Source: Stegostoma tigrinum
Lineage: Eukaryota
Assembly: GCF_030684315.1 (NCBI RefSeq)
Contig: NC_081357.1
Coordinates: 70,288,629 to 70,352,628, forward strand
Reading direction: 5' to 3'
Length of the DNA stretch: 64,000 nt
Shown here: in pieces, positions 25,435-37,423 of the stretch
Layout: each line of letters starts with the position of its first letter
Position numbering within the stretch: the stretch's first letter is position 1
The notes under the pieces: generated by a model
What the model saw: the letters and a program-made list of their open reading frames with translations, nothing else
The model's database searches: none
What the model was told of the DNA's origin: nothing
Program-made: the position numbers and the translations under genes

Positions 25435-26646
25435 CTTCAAGACATCGGTTTCAACAGTTTTTTGAAGGGGTGACCAAGAAAGTAGATGAGAACAGTGCAG
25501 TAAACATTGTCTACATGGATTTTAGGAAGGCCTTTGACAAGGTACTGCATGGTAGGTTGTTGAGTGAGATTAAGCTTCAGCCAATTTAATACAACATTTA
25601 TTTGACAGTAGAAGACAGAGGGTAGTAGTAAAGGGTTGTTTTTCAGACTGGGAGCTGCTGACCGGCCGTGTGCCATAGGGAATTGATGCTGGGTCCACTG
25701 TTATTCATCATTTATATAAATGATTTGGATGAGAATAAAGGAAATATGATTAGTAATGATTGGTGGATGACAGCAAGATTGGTGGTATGGGCGATAGTGA
25801 AGAATGTTATCCAGGAATACAGCAAAATCTTGATCACCTGTGCAGGTGGGTTAAAAAATGACAAATAGAATTTAAATTAGATAAAGGCAAGGTGTTGCAT
25901 TTGGAAAAGCAAGCCAGGGCAGGACTTGCACTGTCAATGGTAGAAGCCTTGGCAATGTTATAGAACAAGGAGATCTATGAGAACAGGTTCATAGCCCCTT
26001 GAGAATTGAGTCACAGGTAATCAGGGTGGTGAAGAAGGCTTCCAGCATGCTACCTTCACTGGCCAAAGCATTGATTATAGGAGTTGGACCAACTTGTTGA
26101 AATTGTACATAATGGCGGTGAGGCTACATTTGGAGTACTGCATGCAGTTCTAGACACTCTAGGAAGGATATTACTAAACTAGAAAGAGCGCAGAAAAGAT
26201 TTACTAGGATGCTACCTGGACTCAAAGGTTTGAGCTATAAGAAGAGGTTGGATAGGTTGGGACTTCTTTCCCTGAATTGTAGGAGACTGAGGGGTGAGCT
26301 TATAGAAGCATATGCAAGGCATAGATAAGGTAGGCATCCAACAGCTTTTCCCCATGGTAGGGGAGTCTAAAACTAGAGGGCATAGTTTTAAGGTGAGAGG
26401 GGAGAGATACAAAAGGTTCCAGAGAGGCACTTCTTTTCACACTGAGGGTGGTGGGTGTCTGGAATAGACTGCCAGAGGTAGTGGTGGAAGTTAAGAAATA
26501 TTTAGACAGGTCCGTGGATAGGATAGGTATGGAGGGAGTATGGGCCAAATGCTGGTAAATAGGACTAGTTTAAATTGTGAAAACTGGGCAGCATGGGTAA
26601 GTCGGGCCAAAGGGCCTGTTTCCATGCTGACATCTCTGATTCTAAG
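25435..26646 (+). mobile_element. CR1 LINE, RT domain to 3' end, decayed
   Basis: VYMDFRKAFDKV, LGPLLFIIYINDLDE, LERAQKRFTRMLPGL, tail GGGCCAAAGGGCCTGTTTCCATGCTG. Confidence 0.9.
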
Positions 26647-26699
26647 AAATCAGACTTTATGGTATATGATATGTGAGCTAACATGTAGCGAAGCAGAAA

Positions 26700-26812
26700 A
26701 GTACAAAGAACTGCAAATGCTGAAAATCAGAAACACTAACAGAAAAGGTCTGGCAGCATTTGTGGACAGAAAGTGAAGTCAATGTTTCAGGCTCAGTGAT
26801 CCTTCTTTAAAC
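26700..26812 (-). mobile_element. PLE-type mini-element (family 2)
   Basis: AAAGAACTGCAAATGCTGAAAATCAGAAAC...GGTCTGGCAGCATTTGTGG...ATGTTTCAGGCTCAGTGATCCTTCTT; ends at a decayed hammerhead. Confidence 0.7.
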
Positions 26813-27203
26813 TTTTCTTCAGAATACAGGGAAGCACTTAGTCCATAACATACAGGCATTTTACCAAGAAACATCACCAGATGTACTTAGAACTTAAAGC
26901 ACAAAAACAATCTTTTCAGTTAATAAATTTATATAGATGTACATGATCTACACAAACCTGTTGATACCTGCCATTAAGTCTAACAGCATAATATATTCTT
27001 CCTTTACCTCTTGCATTCAACTGCATGCTGTCACTCAGCAACACCATTTAAAAGCACACATAAGGTACCCCAGATGCATCAACAATGTCCGTCTGTATCT
27101 CATTATTCTCTCATGTTTCCACTGTCTCTAAATTGTCAGGTTGTCTGTTCAAAATTCAGCACTTGACATCAAAATTGTTCTTCAACCAGATTCTAGAGAA
27201 ACA

Positions 27204-27295
27204 GAGATAATAAAGTGTGAAGCTGGATGAACACAGCAGGCCAACCAGCATCTCAGGGGCACAAAAGCTGATGTTTCAGGCCTAGACCCTTCATC
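27204..27295 (-). mobile_element. PLE-end-derived mini-element (family 1), single arm
   Basis: GAGATAATAAAGTGTGAAGCTGG...GTTTCAGGCCTAGACCCTTCATC. Flanked by TCTAGAGAAACAGA (27192-27205) and TCTGGAGAGACAGA (27294-27307). Confidence 0.8.
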
Positions 27296-27404
27296 TGGAG
27301 AGACAGAAGTCATTGCCTACGAACACTGCTGCAAATTGTGTACAATCACCATCAGCTCTATACATCTCAGTGACAAGTATTTGAAGCTGAACCAAACTTT
27401 TGAT

Positions 27405-27512
27405 AAACAAAAGCAAATGCTGCCAATGCTAGATATCTGAAACAAAAACAGAAAATGCTGAAGTACTCAGCAGGTCTGTCAGCATCTGTAAAGAAAGAAG
27501 CAGTTTCAGATC
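27405..27512 (-). mobile_element. PLE-type mini-element (family 2), single arm with tail
   Basis: AATGCTAGATATCTGAAACAAAAACAGAAAATGCTGAAGTACTCAGCAGGTCTGTCAGCATCTG. Confidence 0.7.
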
Positions 27513-27664
27513 TGAGGATAAATGTAACATCTTTATTTAGAAATGGAAGGGGACTAACGCACGTAACTACAGATAGTTAGCTTAACACCTATTGTGGGGA
27601 AAATGTTCAAAACCTTTCTTCAAAAATAAACCAAGACAAAATACGTCTCTTAAAGCCGCAGCAT

Positions 27665-28030
27665 CATCACAGAGGTTTGTAAAATCATGGTGGGCACAGA
27701 TAAGATGAATAACCAAGGTCTTTTTCCCCAGAGTAGGGGAGTCCAAAGCTAGAAGGCATAGGTTTACAGTGAGAGGGGAAGGATTTAAAAAAGAAAAGAG
27801 GGACAACTTTTTCACACAGCAGTTTGTGCGTATATGGAACAATCTTCCAGAAGAAGTGGTAGGGGTGTGTACAGTTACAACATTTAAAAGATATTTGGAC
27901 AGGTACATGGATAGGAGTGGGATATGGGACAAACACAAGACAAATGAGACAAGTTCAATTCAGGAAAGGCATAGGTTAGTTGGGCTGAAGGGCCTGTTTA
28001 ACTGCTGTATACCTCCATGACCCTATGACA
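27665..28030 (+). mobile_element. CR1 LINE 3' end
   Basis: NFFTQQFVRIWNNLPEEVV...TFKRYLDRYM and the CR1 tail. Confidence 0.88.
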
Positions 28031-28106
28031 ATGTGTAGATTCTATTATAAAGGTTATAATCACAATGCATTTAGAAATACATAATATGACATAGTGTAAT
28101 GACAAA

Positions 28107-28402
28107 GGGTGGCACGGTGCTCAGTGGTTAGCACTGCAGCCTCACAGTGCCAGGGACCCAGGTTCAATACAAGCCTCTGTGTGGAGTTTGCACGTTCTCC
28201 CTGTGTCTGAGTGGGTTTCCTCCGGGTGCTCCGGTTTCCTCCCACAGTCCAATGATGTGCAGGCTAGGTGGATTGGCCATGCTAAATTGCCCATAGTGTT
28301 CGGGGTGTCTGGGCTATAGGGGGATGGGTCTGGGTGGAATGCTTCAAGGGGCAGTGTGGACTTGTTGGGCCGAAGGGCCTGTTTCCATACTGTAGGGAAC
28401 CT
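28107..28402 (+). mobile_element. HE1-like V-SINE
   Basis: Head GGCACGGTGCTCAGTGGTTAGCACTG, V-domain TGTGGAGTTTGCACGTTCTCCC...GGGTTTCCTCCGGGTGCTCCGGTTTCCTCCCACAGTCC, and tail GGGCCGAAGGGCCTGTTTCC, which resembles the CR1 3' ends in this window. Confidence 0.9.
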
Positions 28403-28429
28403 AATATGACTTTTTAAAAATCATAATCT

Positions 28430-29060
28430 GAAAAAAAAGGTCAGAATGGCTTCATGAAAGCGAAATCATGCCTGACAAATTAACTAGAATTCTTTGAGGA
28501 GTTAAGTAAAGTAGATACAAGGGACGCAGCAAGTTATATTATGTTTGGATTTTCAGAAGCCATTCAATAATGTACTACACATTAGGCTACCTAATAAGAT
28601 AAGAGCCCCATGGTTTTGGAGACATCATATTAGCAAGGATAGAGGATTGGCTAACTGAGGGAAGGTAGAGATTTGGGATTAGAGGCTCAGTTTCAGGATG
28701 GCAACCTGTAATTAGTGATATTCCTCAGGGGTCAGTAATCAGATCACAATTATTTTCAAATCTATGTTAATGTCTTGGATGAGTAAAGTGAATGTATTAT
28801 AATTACATTTGTGGATCACACAAAAATTGATGGGAAGGTGAATGAAGAAGATGACACAAAGAGTCTGCAGAGGGGTATAAACAAGTCAAGCTAGTGGACA
28901 AAGTATGTGACAGAGCAAATAGTATGTGGGAAAATATGAGGTTATGGAGAATGGAGAAAGATTGGAATAAGCCAAAATCAGAGGAATCTGGGAGTCCTCG
29001 TGCTTGTATCATGAAAAGCAAGGATCCTGGGTAATCCAAGATGGGGAACATGAAAAAATT
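28430..29060 (+). mobile_element. CR1 LINE RT fragment
   Basis: GFMKAKSCLT..LEFFEE, LDFQKPF, SDIPQGSV. Confidence 0.8.
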
Positions 29061-29243
29061 TGTGGCCATGAGGGCTGCTCCTTTTTTGAGGCATTTTCAG
29101 TGTTGGAACTGATTTCCTCAAATTCTATGAACAGTAGTTACTGTTTTATAAGCTGTTACATTAGAACAGCACTTTAGAAAAGGAGGAAGGGAGACAAAGT
29201 TAGTGAGCACATGTTGGGAAGTGAATCAATGGAGAAAGAAGCT

Positions 29244-31575
29244 GAGTCAATAGAGTGTGGAGCTGGAGGAACGCTACAGATCAGGCAGCAGGGAAGTCGA
29301 TATTTCAGGTCAGGACCCTTCATCAGGACTAGGGAGGGGAAAGAGAGGTCAGAAAAAGGGGGTGGGACTGGTTGAAGGAAGGTGGAGTTGTAATAGATGG
29401 ATGCAGGTAGGGGGTTGTGGAAATTAGTCAATGGGAAAGGTGGGGCAGCTAGGTGAGAAGGAAGATGGTCGTGTCAGGGCAAGGAGGTGGAGATGAGAGG
29501 GAGGGCTTGACGTGCGTTGAGACTGGGGGTGGGAAGATTTTGAAGCTAGTGAATTCTATGTTGAGGCCATTGAGCTATAAGCTCCGGAGGTGTTGCTGGG
29601 TATTGTTCTTCCAATTTCCATGCAGACTCATTGTGATATTGGAGAAAGCTAGGATTGACATGTCAAGGGAGTGGGAAGGGAGTTGAAATGGCTGGCAACT
29701 GGAAGGTGATATTACTTAGAGCATACAGAGCGCAGATGCTCTGTGAATCTGTCACCGAGTCTGCGCTTGGTCTCCCCAATGTAGAGTGGAGCACATTAGG
29801 AGCAACGAATGCAGTAGACTAGGTTAGAAGATATACTGGTGAATCCCTGTTGGATGCACAATGATTATTTGGGGCCTTGGATGGAAGTGAAGGGGAGGTG
29901 TATGGACAGCTGTAGCACCTCCTGCGGTTGCAGGGAAAGGTGCCGGGTGTAGTGGGGTTAGTGGGAAGTTGGAGTGGACGAGGGAGTCGCAATGTGAGTA
30001 ATCCCTAGAAAAAGCAGATGGGGTGGGGAGTAGAATATCTACTTGGTAGTAGGGTCTGATTAGAGGTGGCAAAAGTGGTGGAGGATTATATATTGGATTC
30101 GGAGGTTGGTGAGGTTTATGTGAGCACCAGGGCTGTCCGCCCTTGCTGTTGTTGGTGGGAGGGGGTTAGAGGGCAGAAGTGAGGAAAATGCAGCAGATGA
30201 GGTTGATGGCATTACAAATCACAGGAGAGGGGAAGTTATGGTCCTTGAAGTAGGAGGAATTCTTGGATGTCTGGGAGTGGAATGCTTCATCCCTGGAGCA
30301 GATGCAGCAGAGGTGGAGGAATTGGGAGTATGGGATCACATCTTTGCAAGACGGTGGGTGAGAGGAGATGTAGTTAAGGTATCCATGGGAGCCAATGGGT
30401 TTGAAATAGATGACAGTGCTGAGTCGATTGCCAGAGATGGAGATAGAGAGGTCCAAGAAAGGGAAAGTGGTGTTGGAGATGGTCCAGGTGAATTTGAGGT
30501 TGGGGTAAAAGGTGTTGGTGAAGTGGATGAACTTTTTGAGTTCCTCATGGGAGCATGAGTCAGCATCGATGTAGTCATTGATATAGTGGAGGAAGAAGTT
30601 AGGGATGGTGGCTGTATAACAGCAAAAGAGGGACTGTTTCACATGTACTACAAAAAGGGAGGCATAGCTCAGACCATGTGGGTGTCCATAGCCACCCCTT
30701 CAGTTTGTAGGAAGTGGGAAGAGTTAAAGGAAAAGTTACTAAGGGTGAGGACAAGTCCTGTCAGGCAGAAGAGAGTGCCAGTGGAAGGCAGGTGTTTAGG
30801 CCTATGGGAGAGGAAGAAACAGAGGGCTTTTAGGCCCTCCTTGTGAGGGTTACAGGTGAAGGGAGACTGAATGTCCATGATGAAGATGTGGTGTTGAGGG
30901 CTGGGGAATTGAAAGTCTTGGAGGAGGTGGAGGTTATTTGTAGTGTCCCAAATGTAGGTGGAGAGTTCCTGACCCGGGGAGAGAGAACAGAGTTGAGCAA
31001 GATGGAGATGAGTTCATTGGGGCATGAGCGGGCAGAGACAATGGAAAAACTGGAGTTATGTGGGTGCGGAACAATCATGTTGGAGGCTGTAGACAGGAGA
31101 TCTCCTGAGGAGATGAGGTTATTGATGGTCTGGGAGATGATGGTTTGGTGATCAGGGGTGGGGTTATAATCGAGGGGATGGTAGGAGAAGGGTCGGAGAT
31201 TTGGTGTCTAGCCTCAGTGATATAGAAGTCAGGAGACCATATCACCACCGTACCCCTTCTCCCTTATCAGCAGATTTAATGGCGAGGCTGGGGTTGGGGT
31301 GGAGGGAGTGGAGAGCTGCGTGTTCTGTGGGGGAGAGGTTGGAGTGAGTGAGAAGGGTGGAGCGACTAAGGCGATTAATTTCACGATGGCAGTTGAGATG
31401 AAGAGATCGAGGGAGGGTAGAAAGCTGTGGAGTGGAGTCCAGGGGCATGAGATTTGCCAGAGGTGGGAGAAGGGGTCTGCAGAGGGTGTGTTGGACTCCC
31501 ATTCGAAGAAATAAGTGCAGAGGTGGAGGCATTGGAAAAAAGAGTTCAACATTGAGGCATGTGTGGAATGTTTTA
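29244..31575 (-). mobile_element. Penelope-like retroelement (Neptune-type), decayed and 5'-truncated: RT + Zn knuckle + GIY-YIG + terminal hammerhead
   Basis: Minus-strand fragments: IKSADKG; FLQTEGVAM; FFLHYINDY (YIDD motif); LKFTWTISNTTFPFLDLSISI; FKPIGSHGYLNYISSHP; IPYSQFLHLCCICS; PCNRRRCYSCP; LVYCIRCS*CAPLYIGETKRRLGDRFTEH. Many stops and frameshifts. Confidence 0.92.
29295..29330 (-). ncRNA. Minimal type-I hammerhead ribozyme motif at the PLE 3' end
   Basis: Minus strand reads AGTC-CTGATGA-AGGGTCCTGACCT-GAAA-TA-TC-GACT: stem I AGTC/GACT, intact CUGAUGA and GAAA cores, stem II AGG/CCT, self-complementary ATAT at stem III, and C at the cleavage position. Confidence 0.75.
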
Positions 31576-33098
31576 CACTGCTGTCTGACCCAGCAGTGAA
31601 CTTTCACAGCTACTGCCTCTGCTGTTTGATTTCAAATAGCTCTGGACATTGGTGTTTTTCCAAGAAAAATAAACAAAGAGTGAGCTTTACAGCTGAACTC
31701 GGAGAAACCTGTGTGGGGTGATCACAGCAGGGGAGCAGCTAAGTGACTAGGTTTTTAACTAAATCTTCAACTGTTGAGTAGAGTGGGTTCTTTTTGATGA
31801 TATGTTTTTATCAATATCGGTCTCTTGATTAAACTTTAAAAGTATAAAACATTGTTACTAAGTGAGCCTGGAGTAGTGTTTTTAGAGCAGTAAGATTGTT
31901 CTTTTTTCTAGGTCTGTAGATTGTGAATGTACAAAGATAGCCCTTAGTAGATTGATATGCTCTTCCTGTTGAATGTCGGAGATTAAGGAGAGTTTCCATG
32001 TTACTGATGATTGCGTCTGCAGGAAGCGTGCTTAGTTCCTATAGGATCACACGGATCAGTTGAAGAGGCAGCTAGAGGCACTGAGGAATTTACAGGAGCT
32101 GGGGGAATGATGGATGGCAATTGCGGAAAGGGAAACAAACTGAAGATACAGTCAGGTAGATGGGTTACTGCTGGGAAAGATAGGAGGGGTAGACAGGTTG
32201 AGTGGGAGTCTCCTGTGGCTATCCCCATCTCAAACAAGTATGTTTTGGAAAATATTGGGGGTGATAGACTCTCAGGGGAATGTAGCACTGATGGCCAGGT
32301 TTCTGGTAACAAGACAGGCTCTAATATAACAAAGGGGAAGCCAGGTTCCAAGTAATTGACTGTGATTGGGGCCTCTTTAGTGACAGGCACAGACAGACGT
32401 TTCTGCAGCTGACAACACGACATCAGAATGGTGTCTTGCCCCCCGGGTCCAGGATCAAGGAAATCTCGGAGAGGGTGCAGAATATTCTCAAAGGGGAGAG
32501 GGACCAGCAAGAGGTTGTTGTACACATTGGAACTAATGACTTAAGAAGAGCTAAAGACGAGATTCTGGGAACAGAATTTCACAAGTTAGGTAGGAATTTA
32601 AAAAGTACGTCCTTGAGGGTTACTTCCAGTGCCACAAGCGAGTGAGAGTAGGTATAGGAGGATAGAGCAGATGCATGTGTGGCTGAGGAGCTGGTGCAGG
32701 GGAGAATGATAGGCATTTTTGGATTGTTGGAACCTGTTCTGGGATGGAGGTGACCTGTATAAGAAGGACGGATTGCATCTGGATTGGAAGGGGATTAATA
32801 TATTGGCAGGGAGGTTTGCTAGAACTGCTTGGGAAGATTGAACCTGGTAAGCTGCGGGGTTCGGTGGAGGGAGGTAAGGGTAAAGGCGCGTGCATTTGCT
32901 GTGTGACCCAGGGAGATAGAGAGGAGTCTGAGACTGTTACAACTGTGCAAAGTAGAAAATCAAACAGTCAGGGCAGGCAAGAACAAAGCAGGGACTGAGG
33001 TAGGACTGACAAATTTAGCTCCATTTATTTCAATGCAAGAGGCCTAACAGCTAAGGAAAATGAACTCAGGATGTGGCTGGGGACATGGGACTGGGATT
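31576..33098 (+). mobile_element. CR1 LINE 5' portion: 5'UTR, decayed ORF1 (Cys motif + SGNH esterase) and start of the ORF2 endonuclease
   Basis: ICSSC...CVCRK, PVAIPISNKY, VIGASLV (GDS block), VVVHIGTNDL, KDGLHL, then IYFNARGLTAKENELRMWLGTWDWD, where similarity stops. Confidence 0.85.
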
Positions 33099-33829
33099 TC
33101 ATATTTGGAGTTGGGGGCTTGTAAAATAAAATGGGTGGTCTTCCCACTGCTTTTCTGCCCAACCTGTCTCCAAGTTGAGACTTCATTCTGCCTTCCCTGC
33201 TGTTTATATGCATTAGTGGAAGGCGGTAGCAAAGCAGGATTCCCGGTAGTTTTTAACCACATGGGTTCCTTTTAGACATGAAGAAGAGGTCATTCCATTG
33301 GAATGACTTTCCTAAGATTGTGACCACAATTATTAACACTGATGTTAGGGTCTCACAACCAGACCCTTGGCGTCTCCTCCTGCTCCCACCTGTCCCACCA
33401 CCACCAGACCCCCCCAACCGCCTCCCCACACACACATTTGCTAGGGATCTGTCAGCGAGACCCATCCAAATCCCAGCCTTACCGATAAGCTTTGGTTCAA
33501 TCAGGCTTTTTTCTCAGGGGCTGCTTGTAGCTCCTGTAATGCCTACCACTCACCTTTGTTGTTGCTGAGGTTACAAAACTGATGGCAATCAAATTCACCA
33601 CCAGCTCTCGAAGACAGGAAACCTCACTCTGAAACAATTAAGCCTAAACAGAAGGAAGAGCCATTAAAACTTTAAGACTTACAATCGGTACATATTTTTC
33701 CAAGCGTTACTGCTTTTTCCACATTTCTTTTACCCCAATGGAATGCTCTCAACATGTAAAGCAGCCAGGTTTCCGGCGGCAGATTGGTGGCCAACTTTTC
33801 AGTTGGGAGAGTGAATATCGTGTCCCATG

Positions 33830-34530
33830 AAATTGTGCATAAACTATTGAAATGGAAGACTGCAGGGAACAGTTAGTAAAGCATGCAGCACTCTGTGTAT
33901 ATCAATAGTTACATAAAATGTGGAAAATATATCCTTGTATTAAAAAAAAACAATTTGGCCTTGATTGGAGTATTGTATCTAGATCTGGGCATTACACTTT
34001 TGGAAGAATGTCAAGGCATCAGTGAGGGTGCAGAACAGATTACCAAAATTTGTTCCAGGGATGAGCAACTTCAAAGGTAGAAGATTGGTGTGAAATTTGA
34101 TGAAGGTAGTCAAAATTATGAGGGGGCTGGACAGAGCAGACAGGGAAAAACTGGTGGAAGAATGCAGGCCTAGAGGCACATATGTGAGGTAATAAATAAA
34201 AGAAGCAATGATTACACCAGGAAAGTCTTCTTGTCTGAAAGTGTGGTGGCAGCCAGTACAACTGCAGCATTCAAGAGACACGAGTTCTGAGGCAAGATTT
34301 TAAATTTGTTTCTTCCCACAGTTGTTGCCCGACTTGATTATAATTCCAACATTTGCTGTTTTCATTTAATGCAAAAGAGAACTTGATTATTATTTCAAAA
34401 GGATGAACTTGCAGGGCTTTGCAGAGAAGGAAGGGAATGACATGTGATGAATAGTTCTTTCAGAGAGTGAACAGAGAAATGACTGACTGAAAGATCTCAG
34501 TCTGTGTTGTAGCCATATTGAACAATATTG
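33830..34530 (+). mobile_element. CR1 LINE 3' fragment, highly decayed
   Basis: TTGGAGTATTGTATCTAGATCTGGGC...GAGGGTGCAGAACAGATT, followed by a CR1-like tail. Confidence 0.65.
34283..34367 (+). mobile_element. Diverged PLE-type mini-element (family 2) inside a CR1 3' end
   Basis: AGTTCTGAGG...TTCTTCCCACAGTTGTTGCCCGACTTGATTA...TTCCAACATTTGCTGTTTT interrupts CR1 sequence. Confidence 0.5.
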
Positions 34531-35269
34531 CTTAGTTTTAAGAAGTTTGTGTTGGTAATGCATATATCAAAACTATACCTCCTTATGTCAATGTTCTTTC
34601 GGACAAATAACTAATTGCCAAAACATTACTTAGGCTGCAGTTTTTCATTTCCACACTCCACAGTACCCAATCATCCACCCATGTGAATGAGTGGGTTGAA
34701 AATTATGGGTTGGAGAGTGGAGAAGCAGAAATTTCTGGCTTATTAGTTCAGGATGTACTGAAAACATGAAAGCTCCATCAAAGTGGAAGTGAAGAGACAA
34801 GACCTGAAACGATAAGAGCTTGATGCAAAACTTGGTTTTTATAGATTGTAGAAGGAAAGACACTTGTGACACCATGAGTACAACATTTTCTCATACAGTC
34901 ATTATTTTTTGACGTTTTCTTGACTCGCCATCAAGATTAATGGTAAATGCTTCATGTAATATAGTGCTAAGCCAGGAGATATATATGACAATTGCATTTG
35001 TCTATCTTCCTTGTCATAAAACATCCTACAGCATGCTACAGCAGAATAACCTAATGAAAGTTGGCACAAGAGTGGACAAGATGGAGAACAAGTCAGGTGG
35101 GCTGGTATCCAACTTACACTGGTGGGAAAATTGTTTTGCTTTTGCTGAGGTATGACAAGACAAAACCTGCTCTCTGGCAGCAGAATGTCTCACTAAATAG
35201 CCATTTGAGGCCACTTACTCCAGCTGCAGTAGGTATACATTTTCAAGATTTGAACTTCACAAAGCAATG

Positions 35270-36945
35270 GGCACCAGATAAGAAGGATACCCAAGGATAT
35301 TAAAGGAAGTGAATGCGGACATTATAGCATTGCACTAGCAATTAACATTCTATCTTTCCTTTCTCCAGGGGTGGTGCCGGAGGATCAGAGACTTGCCCTG
35401 TAAGGTTTGACTTAGCAATTATAAACTAATTAGTTTAAATTTAGTGGTGGGGAATCTTCTAGAAACAATAGTGGATAAATGTAATCAGAGATAATGGGAT
35501 AATGGATAAATGTAGATTGATTTGGAAGAGTCACAATAGATTTGCTAAGGGAAATTCAGGTCTGACTAACTTGCTGCATTGTTTTAAGAGATGACAGAGA
35601 AGATTGTTGGAAGGAAGGTCATTGATGTGGTGTACATGGACTTTCACAAGGCATTTGATACATTCCCCACAATAGACCTCTGAGTGAAGTTATAGGACAT
35701 AGGATAAAAGGTACAGTAACAATGAGGATCTGAAATTGGCTGCGTAGTAGGAAATAGAATGTAATGGTTGATTGGGTATGTTTCAGGATGGAAGAGGGTT
35801 TGCCATTCTGCAGGGATCATATTGGGATCCTTGCTTTTGCTGGTATATATAAATGAAGTACAATGTTGAAGTCCAGGAACAATTTTAGAAATTGTGAGTA
35901 ACATAAAACTTGGGAGATTTATAAACTGTGAGGAGGACAGTGTGGAACCTCAAAAGGTCATTGACAAGTTGGTGAAATTGACAAACTGGTGGCAGATGAG
36001 GTTCAATGAAGAGAGGGGTGAAGTGATTCAGTTTGGCACAAAGAACCTGGAGAGACAGTGTGAAGTAAAGAGCACTGCTCTAAAGGATGTGCAAGAGCAG
36101 AGAGACCTTGTGTATAAGTGCGTGTGGCGTTAAGTGTAGCAGGGCGGTAGAGAGAACTGTTAATACAGCCTAGATTTTTCTAGGCTTCATTAATAGGCAT
36201 AGAATGCAAGAATAAGAAAGCTATGCTGAACTTATCTAAGAAATTAATTAGACCACGGCTGAAGTATTGTGTACAGTCACATAACAGAAAGTATCTGAAC
36301 TCATTGGAGGGAGAGCAGAAAAGGTTTACATTAATGATTGAGGGATAGAAAACTTTAGTAATGAAAACAGATGGGAAAAGTTGGGACTGAATTCCTTGGG
36401 GAGGGGAAGGCTGAGGAGAGATTTGATAAGAGATTTCAAAATCATGAGTGGTCTAGACAGAGTAGGTAGGGAAAAACGTTCCGACTCGTAATAGGACTGT
36501 GAACCAAAGGGTGCATTTTTAAAGTATTTTGAAAATATTTTTTCACACAGTGAGTGGTTATTGTTTTGAGCCAACTATCTGGAAGCATGGTGGGAGACAA
36601 GTTCAATGGGGCATGCAAAAGGGCATTTTCCTTTTCTATATCCAGACATGCTAAGACACACAACCTAACATTTTTTATTCCCATCACCAAATCATTATGA
36701 CATTTTAATAAATGTTTTTAACTACTAACCACTGCCGGTAAATGACCCATGTAGACAGTTGAATATTTAAAGCAAAGTCTGTTGTGGTCAATGCAAACCA
36801 TCAGAATGCAATAGGGCATGAGATGATTACTTAAATAGAAACAATTTGCAGGGTTATGAAGAAAAAGCAGGAGATTGGCACTAAATCAAAACGCTCAGAG
36901 AGCCTATTGACCTCCTTTTGTGCTATAACAATTCTGTGATTTCTC
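35270..36945 (+). mobile_element. CR1 LINE, RT to 3' end, decayed
   Basis: LTNLL, DVVYMDFHKAFD, LGSLLLLVYIN, WQMRFNEE, RLRRDLI and tail; carries a 179-bp insert at 36627-36805. Confidence 0.85.
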
Positions 36946-37069
36946 AGATACTACTCTTTACTTAGACTTGGTTTTTAAGTTCCTTATTCTCAATAGACCA
37001 TTGGACTTAGCTACAGAACTCATAATTTTACACCGCTTCTGGGTGTCAGTGGAAAGATAGGATTTCTGA

Positions 37070-37423
37070 AATATTTGTTCACAGGGTGAGGGTGTTGCTG
37101 ACTGGGCAGCATTCATTGCCCTTCCTGAATTGCCCAAAGGGCAGTTAAGAGTAAATGACATTACTGTGGGTCTGAAGTCACATGAAGGCCAGACCAGGTA
37201 AGGATAGCAGTTTCCTTCCTGAAAGGACACTAGTGAATCAGATGGGTTTTTGCAACATTTGACAATGGATTCATGGTCACCATTAAGCTTTTAATTCCAG
37301 ATATTTATTGAATTTAAATTCCACCATCTGCAATGGCAGGATTTGAACCTGGCTGCCCAGAACGTTATCTGGGTCTCTGGATTAGCAGTCCAGTGATAAT
37401 ACCACTAGGCCATTGCCTCCCCC
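37070..37423 (-). mobile_element. tRNA-derived SINE family B
   Basis: Reverse-complement homolog of 872-1224 over its whole length. Confidence 0.85.

Noticed and set aside
28107-28175. tRNA gene
   Set aside because: The A/B boxes are the head of an HE1-like SINE followed by the V-domain; there is no complete cloverleaf. The same applies to the other SINE heads.
30166-30642. 158-aa ORF as a functional reverse transcriptase
   Set aside because: Fragment of a decayed PLE; the catalytic YIDD reads YIND and neighbouring frames are broken.
32001-32525. 174-aa minus-strand ORF
   Set aside because: Antisense shadow of CR1 ORF1 with no independent protein features.
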